Assembly (NCBI GenBank): GCA_002269645.1
Contig: NIVC01001433.1
Span: forward strand, 62,001 to 126,000
Direction of reading: 5' to 3'
DNA: 64,000 nt
DNA from: Macrostomum lignano
Taxonomy: Eukaryota
Shown piece by piece: positions 48,284-60,903 of the stretch; position 1 is the stretch's first letter; every line of letters begins with the position of its first letter. The position numbers and the translations under genes are program-made. The notes under the pieces were generated by a model. It was not told where the DNA came from. It did no database searches and saw only the letters and a list, made by a program, of their open reading frames with translations.

Positions 48284-49751
48284 ATGGCCCAAGTGTCAAT
48301 TCGAAGTTTTTTTCGCGATTTAAAGACAAAGCTACAGTCTGAGACTGAAGATCTCACTGGTTCGGTTGTTCTTGACACTGGTACCTGTGGATTGCACACA
48401 GCAAGCCGATCATCGCATGGCAGCCATGATGCCAGTGGTTGGCATCTTCAGCAGTTTCTACGCAACCTGTATTATTTGTTTAAAGACTGTCCAGCTCGAG
48501 TAACAGAATTTCAAGCAGTGACGCACTGCTACAATCTACGCCCAATCCAGTTCTGTACTGTCCGCTGGCTAGAGAATTCCAAAGCAGCCAACCGAGCACT
48601 GGAAATGCTTCTTAGCCTACGCCAGTGGCTGGCTTCAAAGAGACCTGATGATTCAGAGACCCTCATGTCACAGCTTCGATCTGCCTGTGCTGACAAGTAC
48701 TTAGAGGCCAAGCTTCATTTTTTGTCTCTATCGCCAACCTAGTTGAGCCATTTTTGCGACAGTTCCAAGCTGCTGCACCAATGTTTCCATTTTTGTACGA
48801 ATCTCTAGGAAAAGTGCTTCGCAGTGTCATGCTACGATTTGTGGATGCCGACGTGATGAAGAAGTGCCTCACTGTGACCCAGCTCTTAGACGTTGACTTA
48901 AGCAACCAAGGTGTGCAGAAAACTACTGTGGACTTTGGTTCAGCTGCTTAAGCTGCTATTGAACAACTCAAGCGACAAGCAACACCACCAACTCAACATG
49001 AACACTTGGCTTTTCGCACCACTAGTCGCGAGTTTCTTTTGAAAGTGCATGAAAAGTTGGTTAGGAAGTCCCCTTTGGCACAGCGTATGGCCAGGGCAGC
49101 AAGTTCTCTATCACCGCACCTTCTTCAGGAGGACACTAGTTTGTGTAACAAGAGGTTCAAGTTGCTAATGAAGCTGCTTTCTGACTCTGGTTGGTTGACA
49201 CATGAGGATGCTGATAAAGCAGTTTTTTTATCATGTAAAGTGATCCTCAGTGCTGTGTAGCTCTCTGCAGAAGTTTGACAGGCATACTGATCAACTTGAT
49301 GTGTTCTTTTCTAACCTCTTCTCAGCAGAAAGTGCTGAAAAATTGCAAGGAACTTCTTTGGATTGTGCCTGTTGTTCTAATATTGTCACATGGGCAGGCA
49401 TCATTTGAAAGTGGCTTCTCTATTAACAATAGTCTGCTGGTGGAAAACTTATCTGACCGAAGCCTAATTGTACAGAGAATTGTTTCCCAAGCTATTCATG
49501 ATGCCGGATCAGTCACAGCAATTGCTATCACTCCCAAAATGCTGCAGCATGTACGATCTGCCCATTCAAGATGCCTGGAAGCTCGAGAGCTGCAGCATAA
49601 ACTGGACTCCGAAAGTGAACAGAAGACTAAAAATAAAAAGTGGCAGCAAGAGATGGTTGAGAAACTTGAGAAAGAAGTGGCAGCTAAGCGTCATACAGCA
49701 GATGCAGCAACAAGGATGCCAATGAGCTTCAAAAGAAGCTTGATGAGTTGA
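48284..49751 (+). pseudogene. Fragmented hAT-family transposase (C-terminal part)
   Basis: Four broken ORFs with LDTGTCGLH, YYLFKDCPAR, FCTVRWLEN (RW motif) and LSHGQASFESGFSIN (hATC dimerisation-like); stops and frameshifts lie between the pieces. Confidence 0.78.
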
Positions 49752-50239
49752 ACAACTCTGGCCCCTAGTATTGACATTTTTACATCTAGAGACAGCTAAT
49801 TCCATTCAGGGGACAGTCTAGTTTTTATATTTTACCTGCATGAATTAAGTGTAAAAAGTGTTTTGTTCTGTTTTGAATGTAAACGTTTTCCCAACTCCCA
49901 GTTTTATTACTATTACATATTTAGTTTCACATGTGTGCAAGCATTTTATGATGAAGAAGTGTGCATATATCAGTGGTAACACTGATTTTATTTATTTTTA
50001 ACATAATCACATACTTTCTTAACAGCAGGTATTTCTCTAGCAGGTAATAAATGATGATAAATAGATCTAAACTAGCAATCTTCGCCCCCCGATGGGGGAC
50101 ATCTGGATAGAATCCTTGTTCTTTAAAAATAACAAATAGACAGCAAAATAAAGCCTTCAAAAAACAACAACAGACATTCCCTCTAAAAACAAAACATCCC
50201 AAGACAGCAAGCATCCTCAGACAGCATTCAAGCATCGAT

Positions 50240-50790
50240 CCTCAAATAGCAAGCATCCCCCAGACTGCAAGCATCCCCCAGGTAGCAAGCATCCCCCCGA
50301 TAGCAAGCAACCCCAGATAGCAAGCATCCCCAGATAGCAAGCATTCCCCCAGACCCCAGATAGTAAGCATCCCCCAGACAGCAAGCATCCCGCAGATAGC
50401 AAGCATCCCCCAGATAGCAATCATCCCCCGATAGCAAGCAACCCCAGATAGCAAGCATCCCCAAATAGCAAGCATTCCCCCAGACTCCAGATAGTAAGCA
50501 TCCCCCAGATAGCAAGCATCCTGCAGATAGCAAGCATCCCCCAGATAGCAAGCATCCCCCCGATAGCAAGCAACGCCAGATAGCAAGCATCCCCCCGATA
50601 GCAAGCAACGCCAGATAGCAAGCATCCCCAGATAGCAAGCATTCCCCAGACCCCAGATCGCAAGCATCCCCCAGACAGCAAGCAACCCCTGATAGCAAGC
50701 ATAACCTGGATACAAAGATACCTTATAGATATCTAGCAACCCCCTCTCAGATAGCAAGTACCCTCCACCCACAAGAGCAAGCATCCCCCT
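50240..50790 (+). repeat. 17-18-bp minisatellite agatagcaagcatcccc(c)
   Basis: Tandem units inside the hAT element. Confidence 0.88.
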
Positions 50791-50929
50791 GTAAACAAGT
50801 ATCCATCCTTAAATAGCAAGCATCCACCAGAGAACAAGTAGCTAGTGCAACAATTTCCTTAGCTTTATAATGGTTCCATTTTGTTTGGCATGACACTTCT
50901 TTTATGTTTAAAATGGGGTCTCTTTTTTG

Positions 50930-51975
50930 TTTAAAAAGGTGGCTCTTTAATGTTTGATATGGTAGCTCTTCTATGTTTGACATGGTAGCTCTTTTGTGTT
51001 TGACATGATAGCTCTTTAATGTTTGACATGGTGGCTCTTCAATGTTTGACATTGAGTCATGTATATGTTTCACATGATGGCTCTTTTATGTTTGACATGG
51101 TGGCTCTTAAATCTTTGACATGGTGGCTCTTTAATGTTAGACAAAGTGGCTTTTTAATGTTTGAAATGGTGGCTCTGTAATGTTAGACAAAGTGGCTCCT
51201 TAATGTTCGACATCATGGCTGTTTTTTGTTCAAAATGGTAGCTCTTTTATGTTTGATACGGTGGCTTTTTAATGTCTGACACAGTGGCTCTTTAATGTTT
51301 GACATAAAGTCACATATATATTTGACATAGTGGCTCTTAAATGTTTGACATGGTGGCTGTTTTTTGTTCTACATGGTAACTCTTTTATGTTTGATACGGT
51401 GGCTTTTTAATGTCTGACATGGTGGCTCTTTTATGTTTTACATGGTGGCTCTTCTATGTTTGACATGGTGGCTCTTTAATGTTCAACATGGTGGCTCTTC
51501 TATGTTTAACATGGTGGCTCTTCTATGTTTGACATGGTGGCTCTTTATAGTTTAACATGGGGGCTCTTTTATGTTTGACATAAAGCCACATATATGTTTG
51601 ACATGGTGGCTTTTAAATATTTGACATGGTGGCTCTTTAATGTTCTTCATGGTGGCTCTTTAATATTCTACATGGTGGCTCTTTTATGTTCGACATGGTG
51701 GCTGTTTTTTGTTCTATATGGTAACTCTTTTATGTTTGATACGGTGGCTTTTTAATGTCTGACATGGTGGCTCTTTTATGTTTGACATGGTGGCTCTTCT
51801 TTGTTTGACATGGTGGCTCTTTAATGTTTGACATGGTGGCTCTTTAATGTTAGACAAAGTGCTTTTTAATGTTTGACATAGTGGCTCTTTTACGTTTGAC
51901 ATGGTGGCTGTTTAATGTTTGACATGGTGGCTCTTTAATGTTAGACAAAGTGGCTCTTCTATGTTTGACATTGCG
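50930..51975 (+). repeat. 23-24-bp minisatellite tttgacatggtggctctttaatg
   Basis: Diverged tandem units inside the hAT element. Confidence 0.88.
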
Positions 51976-52492
51976 CTTCTATTATGTTTAGCAGTTTTGT
52001 TGTGTTTTTAAGGTGTTTTGATAAAAAAAATCTTTTTGCACTACTAAGATTCAAACCCAGGTTGCTACATTAGCATTCCAGTCTGTTCGCATCTTGGCTA
52101 TCTCTTTTCAATTGGAGAACATGAATTGTGGCCCTTATAATTCAATTCTTACTGCAAGTCAATTGAAGTAAAAAGTTATGACATAATCAATTTCTCAGTC
52201 AGCCAGTATCAGTCTCAATTTGAGTTAGCAATATTGGTTACGCAATTTAAATCAAGTCATGTGTGCATTTTTTCGGCACTGTTTTCAACTTGTTGTGATG
52301 CAATCTTTATCACAATCAGAATTCAGCCAGTCAGTTTTTTCTCTAGCATTCTTACAATGAATTTTAGATTGAAAGAGCTGCTTGACCTTTGCAAAAAAGC
52401 ATGTTTTTCAAATATTTAATCCCTTTAAAATTTAGCAATTTCTTAGCCAAGATGCATGTACTGTCCCAGGAAAATTTCTGATCGAATGGTGC

Positions 52493-52568
52493 AAGTTTGA
52501 AGAAAATCGGTTGAGCCAATTTTTCTGAAATCTATTGCATAGCTACAGACATTTCATTTTTAGTATAT
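52493..52568 (+). mobile_element. Second copy of the HINE/Helentron-like 3' fragment (its body may extend to about 52140)
   Basis: Near-identical to 30561-30643 apart from a short internal indel. Confidence 0.55.
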
Positions 52569-53607
52569 GGGAGAGGAGATAAGACAAAAATGTTTCTCGC
52601 ATAACTCTAAATGTACAACAGCAACTTATGTAACATGAATGCATAAAATTAATAAAAAGTCACATCTTTTTATTTTAATGTTGTAGTTTTTTGCTTAAGT
52701 CTTGTTACTAAGATGAAGTCCCCCTTCAATAGCTGTATCTTCTTTATTTGGGAGACAAAGAATGTGTCGACACCCTGTATTAATTTATGCTATAAACCAA
52801 AAAAATAAATACTTTTTTTCCTGCTACCAGACAGGCTTTGTCATCAATACTAGCAACTTACATAATGAAAAATTGATCTTTATATAAATTACTTTAAATT
52901 TAAATATAGCCAAGAAGTCACACACTGTTAAGTCTATATAAAACATAAAACTATAAGTAAAACTAAAACAAGTGCAATTCATTTTCTTTAAGAATAGAAT
53001 TTAAAAAATCAAAATAGAAAGATAAAAAATGATATACTTAAGGCACAGTAGAATTTGCTAAGCATATTTGACCTATTGAAATAGCACAAGTCTGCAGACT
53101 TTCTTAAAAATTTCTGTTATAATTTTAATATCTTTTACAAGCATACATTAGATACTTTAATAAGTCTATAATAGTATAACACAATAAAAATTAATTTTGT
53201 AAGTTGACAAGACAATTATAGTTAATTTAATAAAGTTGATAAAATACCACTGAACTTATTTTTCAAATACATATCAATAAATTCACAACCTTTTTTCATA
53301 ATTGCATTTTTATAGGCCTAAAGCATATGAATTTATACATTGACTGTAATTTTGCATTTACTCTTTCAAAGGTCAAATAATACATCACTATAATATATTT
53401 TATTTTTATCTCTATTTTAGATTGCAATTGGATCAATAATTAACCATTCAACAATTTGCCTATTTGAAAAGATTACTAGCCTAGCATCAATAGTTTATTT
53501 AACATTAATACCAGATATTACTATTTTGCTATACCTAGATATCAAGCAAAGAATTATGGTTACTTTGGTGACATCTATTTTGGTGATACGTTACTTTGGT
53601 AATAAAA

Positions 53608-54353
53608 TAGTGATGGATAGAAAATTATTTTTTCAAATCGAAATCGAAATCGAAGTTTTTGGTTTCTTAGAATTGAAATCGAAATTGAAATCAAAATCAA
53701 AATCAAAATTTTTTGAGCTTAACAAATTTTTACTTTTTTGCTAATCATGCAAAAAAGGTTAACACCTTGCCTCTGCATGTATGAGCTTACATGTTTTATA
53801 AAAAGCATCTTTGATATGTTTAAACCAGAATACTTTAGATTTAACTTACTTTAAAAATACGAAATAGAAAATGCTGGTGTATTATGTATTATACACTTGT
53901 ACATAGAAATACAGTAGAAGTTGTATTATACTTCACTACTGTTTAAGCTGAAGATCTAGATACGAGTAGCCTATATCCATTTCATTAAGGCTTTAAGTCT
54001 TTAGCCAATTAAAATCCAAGCCAATGAGTTCAGCCAGTGGGCTTGTGGAGGTTGAGGTGGGTGCAGCACAAGGTCTTGAACAGTGTGTGTCCAGCACAAT
54101 CTTTTCTTGTAGAAAAGGCAATTCTCACCTCCCCACTGAGTCTTTGAACCACATTTCCTTTCACTTCCTATAGATTTTCTTACTTGTGTAGCATGATCAT
54201 TAATGTCTAAATTGTTAAAATATAACCAAAATTTTGAAATCATTTTTTATGAATGGTGTCGAAATTTTAAATTGAAATCAAAATTATTTTGATGCAAAAT
54301 TAGTTTTTAATTTCAGAATATCAAAATTGAAATTGAATTTCAATCCATCACTA
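53608..54353. mobile_element. Non-autonomous hAT-type MITE, 746 bp
   Basis: 11-bp TIR TAGTGATGGAT/ATCCATCACTA; 8-bp TSD taataaaa/taacaaaa (7/8); subterminal aaatcg/aaattg repeats. Confidence 0.75.
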
Positions 54354-55032
54354 TAACAAAATAATGTATGCATAATTTCACATTTAAACTGAAATAAATA
54401 CTCTAGATTAGTCACTTGTAATTTAATGCCTTGCTTAAATAGGTCAGTTTTGAAAAGGAAGTATACTGCTTGTTTAAAGTGAGGTGTTTCTAAGAAAAAG
54501 AATGTATATTTTAATTTTTAAGATTTCTTTTCAAAGCAAAGTGCAGATTCTTAGAAACATGCTATATTATTTTATCTAAAATTTAACTTGTCAAAAGCTC
54601 ACAAAATAAATATAAAATACTGTGTCTATGCACATTGACAAAGCATAGATGTAAAGGTAAAATTATAAGATAGATTAATTAAGGCTTAGATTTATTTCTT
54701 AGAGCAATTTTTTCATGTTTATTTCTTAGAAAGCCTTTGCTTAAACAAAAAAATTATATTGTACCTTACATATATTTTGTATCTTCATTTAGTAAGACAT
54801 TAAAATATAGTAATTTCTAAAAAAACTATTTTAACTTAAATTCAAAATTGATTTTAAATTATTGACCAAAAGGTTTTTTTTACAAAAATGTCCTATTGAA
54901 CTATTTGCATTGGCTCAACACACGTTTGTTACCAAAGTAACCTGTTACTGAAACAGTTGTTACCGAAGTGACTATCACCGAAATGATTATCACCGAAGTC
55001 ATACATGCGCAACTTTGGGAATCACCCAGCCA

Positions 55033-55136
55033 TTTCTATTGGCAAAATACACATATAAGTCGCTATTGGCTGAGAGCAGTCACGTGACTACTTTTCCATC
55101 CAATAGCGACTTACATATATATGTTGCCAATAGAAA
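55033..55136. mobile_element. 104-bp hairpin (MITE-like) with a central GTCACGTGAC palindrome
   Basis: 37-bp arms with 4 mismatches, flanked by direct repeat CAGCCA (55027-55032, 55137-55142). Confidence 0.6.
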
Positions 55137-58100
55137 CAGCCAAGTGAATTCCAAGGTTGCGCCCATTTTGTAGATAGTGGGGTGTATGCTGGAAAATTCC
55201 GGTGTACACTTGATTTCTGTGGTGTACACCAGCGTATATTTCTTGGCTGTGTACAGTGTAGCATACATTGTGGTGTATGGCGACTGGCATAAAAAATAAT
55301 ATAAAGAATTTTTTGTGCTTTTTCTATGTTAAGTTATTAAAAAAAACATTTTTCTGCTACTATTTCTCATTTACCAATCATTTTAATTACCAGAATTGTC
55401 ACAACAATCATCATGTTGTTATCATTTTTGTAGTTTAAATTTAAATTTAAATATTCATTGATTTTTTTACCATTGTTTAAGTTAGCATACATTTAAAATC
55501 TATTGGCGTACAATTGAAAATTCAATAAAAATGTGTCCGGCGTACACAGAAAACCTTCGCAATATGGGGTTGCGCCCAAGCATGACCGAAGTAACCAGTT
55601 CCCCAAGCAAATAGCAAATGTTAGGCCCTATGTTTTATAAACTACAATAGGCCTAGGTAGATCTTTGCAATTATTCTTTGCAACTAGATATAAAAGCTAA
55701 GGTAGGAATTGAAAATCAAAGTAAGGTATTGTTGATTGGTAGGATATAATTAATATTATGGGCTAAATTGATAAATACATAGCATAGGCCTAGATTAGAT
55801 TATAAATACAAAAGCTTTATATTGGTATAGAAAAATCTTTGGTGTAAGAGCTACTGCAATGGGAAAATGATATAGGCCCTATGAAGCTAAATAGATATTG
55901 CTGTGGCTAGGCCTATAGCATGTTCTGCTTAGGGTGGGATTATAAAAAAGCAGCTGGCATTGTTGGATTGCTACACTAATTAAAGAGCCAAAAACTTCTG
56001 AATTTTTGCATAACTTTTTATTGTTCAACATTGGAGCATTGTGTATTAAAATGTTTTGATTTAGACTAGGCCTATCATTATGAACAACATGAGTATATTT
56101 GTTGTAGACTTGTAGGCCAAGGCCCCTAGATTTTCCTAAATTTAGCAGGACCTAGTTATAGCCTAGGCCTAGTAGTTACTAGTACATAACTTTCTAGTAA
56201 ATTATAGTATTCTTTGTCCCTACAGAGAAAATTAGTAAGCTTCAAAGTTCCGAATGTCAACAGCGACTTCCTAGAATCCTAGGCCTGTATGCCTGCCTTA
56301 AGTCTAGTCAGCAGAAGAGAAAAAAATAAATTCTTTCCGTCAGCGCAGTCGAATTTGAATTTAGCTGGGTGGCGCTGAATTCCTCGAAGCACTCACCGAT
56401 TTAAACAAACTTATCAAGGGAGGAGAAAGCTCTACTAGCTCTGCTCGCTATTATAGGAGAATATGCTGAGATTGCTGACTGTGTGAGCTAAACGGTCTTT
56501 TGATTGCTGACTGCTCTATTTCTCAGTGAAAAAACCTTCCGTTCTTTCTAAATTCTGCTAACTGGCTGACCCTCGTTTCTGGATTTTTTAAATCTCGCCG
56601 TCGCAAAATTCTGTTCTTGTGAAAGTTTGGTCTGCTGAACCTGATGTTTCTGCGTTGTGAAAGTGGCGTGATAATTTGAATTTGTTGGCGATCTGAAATT
56701 TTCGAGTCAATCAAATCTAGACCTCTGGAGCTCCCCCACTAGAGTAAGCTGAGAGGCGCACATAGGTAACCTACATGTTACATGTGCGTATAGAAGGCCG
56801 AATCGGTTCAGGAAACGTATTTACATGCAGTATTATAAAGGTTCTGAGTAGAGAGAGTCTACACCTAAGGATTAAGGAAGAACCTGGTTATATAGTTCAT
56901 GCGTTCCCCAAGCAAGACCAAAGGAGAGGAACTGAGTGGGAAAAAAACTGCATCATGAGAACCTCAATAAAGTACATGTAAGCTACGGATATGAAGGTAA
57001 AAGATGAAAAACTAAAAGCGCTAAGCGCAAAGCAAAAACTGCGTCGATTAAAAGATGATAAGACTTGATATTTACATATGCTTTGTCAGTATTATAATTA
57101 CTTACAAGGATCACTATATATATAAAGTAGCGGTGGTAAAGCGGTAACTTCTAGAGGTCCTTGCTTTATTAAAATGCTAAAAATGAGAGCCGAAGCAGAT
57201 ATCAGTTTCTTTGGAAACGGTTCCGCGACTTTGTGAAACGGTTACGTAATTGTATTGGCTGCACATGTAATTTCGCAGTGGATGTCTCTGATCTTTATTA
57301 CTATAATATTGGTTTAATTGCTGACGTCACTTAATACTGCTAAACAGTCGAGAATAAACTAAGCACAAAGAATCATAGCCTTAGTTGCCTTTTTATGCTT
57401 ATTTTGATGTATACAGTACATGTAGCTGTATGCATATAATAACAAGTACAATAGTAACATATATGTACATGTATTACGTGATATAATTCTGTTTTTTACA
57501 TGTGCACGCACTTTAATAAGAAAGGTACATGCATATTAAAAAGTAGGAAGACTATAACCGCGTGCAAATATTTCCTAAACCTGATCAATACAGATACAGC
57601 TCGCCGTACAAGTGTGTGTATAGTAGATACTTAAAACAACAAAGCATTAATTAAAATGGAAGGAGGAGTTGACTTAAGCTAACGTACAAGTAATATCAAA
57701 ATCTGTGCAGGTTGGCGCGCAATGCTTGTGCAAGAGTTGTAATGTACTGCAACTGGAGGGCATGAGGCGCATGGAGCAGCGTTCATGTGCAGTAAAAGGC
57801 GGGGGTCAGCAAACGTTTTTACCTCCAGGACCAGATTAACAATCCATGCAGCTCATCAGGTCATAAGAGAGAATAGAGGAGAGATACGAGTAGAAAATAT
57901 GAGATGAGATGAGATGAGTTAGAAGATGAGAGCTGAGAAGAGACACAAACATTCGAGAGTTCATCAGACCCGTTCAGCAATCCTTTCGAATCGATGTTCG
58001 GAAGACCGGATTGCTGTTGTGAAGTTTCAAAGGTCGCATTCAAAGGTAGTATAGGCTTGCGCTTGAGTTAACCTTGAGTTCAACTCCAAACTTGATTCCA

Positions 58101-58457
58101 ACTAATGGACTATATACACGATAAATCACTGAAATGTCAAAAAACTGTGTGCTCAAAGAATCGGCGCAATCGATGTTCAGTCGTCCGGCGCAGTTGATGT
58201 TTTTATTGACAGACGTCGAGGCTTTCTTATCTCGGAATTCGGTCGAATTTGTAGCTTCTTCAACATTTCCAATATTGACAGACGATTTTGTAAGCCTTCG
58301 ATCGGTGTCAATAAGGAAGACGGATCTCCTCGATCTGGCAGGCGGGTCACTCTGGCTCCATCATCCGTTTGTCGTTGTTGCGGCTGCAGGTCTTTCTTCA
58401 TGGTGCGGCTTCTGAAGTGAATTATTTAATTAGATCGCTATCAAATTTATGCAGCAC

Positions 58458-59512
58458 GTCACGTGACTACCGTATTTGGGAGCGCATCATTTAGACAATA
58501 GCGTCAGGTGACTCTATGGGAGCGCAGCATGTAGACAATCGCGTCAGGTGACTCTATGGGAGCGCAGCATGTAGACAATCGCGTCAGGTGACTCTATGGG
58601 AGCGCAGCATGTAGACAATCGCGTCAGGTGACTCTATGGGAGCGCAGCATGTAGACAATCGCGTCAGGTGACTCTATGGGAGCGTATCATTCAGACAATC
58701 GCGTCAGGTGACTCTATGGGAGTGCAGCATGTAGACAATTGCGTCAGGTGACTCTATGGGAGCGCAGCATGTAGACAATCGCGTCAGGTGACTCTATGGG
58801 AGTGCAGCATGTAGACAATAGCATCAGGTGACTCTATGGGAGCGTATCATTCAGACAATCGCGTCAGGTGACTCTATGGGAGCGTATCATTCAGACAATC
58901 GCGTCAGGTGACTCTATGGGAGCGCAGCATGTAGACAATCGCGTCAGGTGACTCTATGGGAGTGCAGCATGTAGACAATAGCATCAGGTGACTCTATGGG
59001 AGCGTATCATTCAGACAATCGCGTCAGGTGACTCTATGGGAGCGTATCATTCAGACAATCGCGTCAGGTGACTCTATGGGAGCGCAGCATGTAGACAATC
59101 GCGTCAGGTGACTCTATGGGAGTGCAGCATGTAGACAATAGCATCAGGTGACTCTATGGGAGCGTATCATTCAGACAATCGCGTCAGGTGACTCTATGGG
59201 AGCGTATCATTCAGACAATCGCGTCAGGTGACTCTATGGGAGCGCAGCATGTAGACAATTGCGTCAGGTGACTCTATGGGAGCGCAGCATGTAGACAATT
59301 GCGTCAGGTGACTCTATGGGAGTGCAGCATGTAGACAATTGCGTCAGGTGACTCTATGGGAGTGCAGCATGTAGACAATTGCGTCAGGTGACTCTCTGGG
59401 AGCGCAGCATGTAGACAATTGCGTCAGGTGACTCTATGAGAGCGCAGTATTCAGACAATAGCGTCAGGTGACTCTATGAGAGCGCAGTATTCATACTGTG
59501 GCGTCACGTGAC
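58458..59512 (+). repeat. 40-bp minisatellite gcgtcaggtgactctatgggagcgcagcatgtagacaatc, 25 internal copies
   Basis: Exact period of 40 from 58503 to 59463; no spacers. Confidence 0.95.
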
Positions 59513-60903
59513 TCAGTGGCATCATTAGATTGAATGCACTTAATTAAGTACTGTAAATTTACATGCACAGTAGAACACAGCTGTACAAGGACTGTTTAAC
59601 CTGCTTTACTTACCCAAAGAGACTCATAAATTCGGAGACATCAAAGTCAGTTTCTGGCGCCACTGTAGCTGGAAAGCCTGCCGCTCTCAGCGCTGCCAGA
59701 AGCAGAAAACAGCACTCGATAAAGTGCAGCTTCCTCGTTTGCAATCCCATGCTTGCAACTCGGCTTGTACAAAATGTTTATTGGTCTTGTCCTATTCGCC
59801 GCGTTGTGCCACTTTCTGAATGATCTCTGGCAGCGCTTACAGACTGAATTTTAACTGGTTAAAGGAAATATTTTATCTGAAAAAATGATCTTGTTTTCCA
59901 AAGCACAGCTAGAGCGCAACCAATCAGTGTCAACAGTCTATATTCAACCTGAATGCATATTAAGTTGGCCAGTACTACAGGCAAAAACCACTAGATAACA
60001 CGCGAGATTGTGCACGAGATAACACACTTTCCGCAAGCGTAAACTCGCATACAAAAACATATGTACTTGAAAATGCACCGTAAGAATACTTGACTGCGTC
60101 TAATGCTAGGCTTAATGCATGGTTTTAGATGCAGACCTTTGACTTTTGAATAATTGACCTTTACGGGTTTGAGAAATGCAGCACGCAGTTTTCTTTAAAA
60201 AAGTTAGCTTATGTCCTACTGTAGGGGCAATGACGCTAAGAAGAGAAATGATCACGTTCCAATTCAAGGGGAAAACCGAGGAACGAAATTGCAACTATGA
60301 CATCAAAAAAATGTATCCAAGACAGTAAGGAACAACTATGACGCAATTAAAAAGTCTTACTACGCTACTTCAAGTAGAAATGATAATTTATCTTTTCACA
60401 GATCCAAACAATAGCGAAATAAAATTATCCAAAAAATCATATTTCATATCATCCATACAGCGTCTCGCGAAAAATGAGACAAAAACTACTAGCTCAAAAA
60501 CTAAAATAAATTTATAGGACTAGAGTGTCATTTTAAATCTCTCCATTTGCTCCTATATATTGACAGTGCTAGTTAGAGATGCTGAGAGTAGTGGGCTTTT
60601 GCGGCATTCATGGTCAGGTAAAGTGCGTCAAATATGTATAAGGTGTATTTCCACTTTTGTTACTTGATTCGGTACGAGTATTTTATAGGTGTGATAATCT
60701 TTTGAATAAACTTGAGGGAATTTAGCGGCTTTCATTCAAGCTTCACCTTAGATATCAAACATTTGAGTATCGGAGCCGAAGTATGTTGAAAATGATAATT
60801 GTAAGAAGCAATTTATTTATTTACTATCTTTTTTGCCAAGTTTGTTTTTGCATGAACAAGAAGATCTAGCATAGTATACGGATTCCGTTTGAGCTTTAAA
60901 AGC

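Larger units (their letters stand above)
48029..52777 (+). mobile_element. Decayed hAT-like DNA transposon, 4.75 kb, with 12-bp TIRs
   Basis: CAGGGTGTCGAC at 48029-48040 and GTCGACACCCTG at 52766-52777; tctcctttatt-type subterminal repeats; internal transposase remnant. TSD not clean (ttattatt vs tattaatt). Confidence 0.72.
53553..55604. mobile_element. Probable older non-autonomous DNA element hosting nested insertions
   Basis: Left end ggttactttggtga.. is the approximate reverse complement of right end accgaagtaaccagttccc; accgaa(g/a)t subterminal repeats at 54930-55000. Confidence 0.45.

Noticed and set aside
52048-52058. tRNA/SINE B-box-like gattcaaaccc
   Set aside because: No A-box or cloverleaf could be assembled; too short to call.
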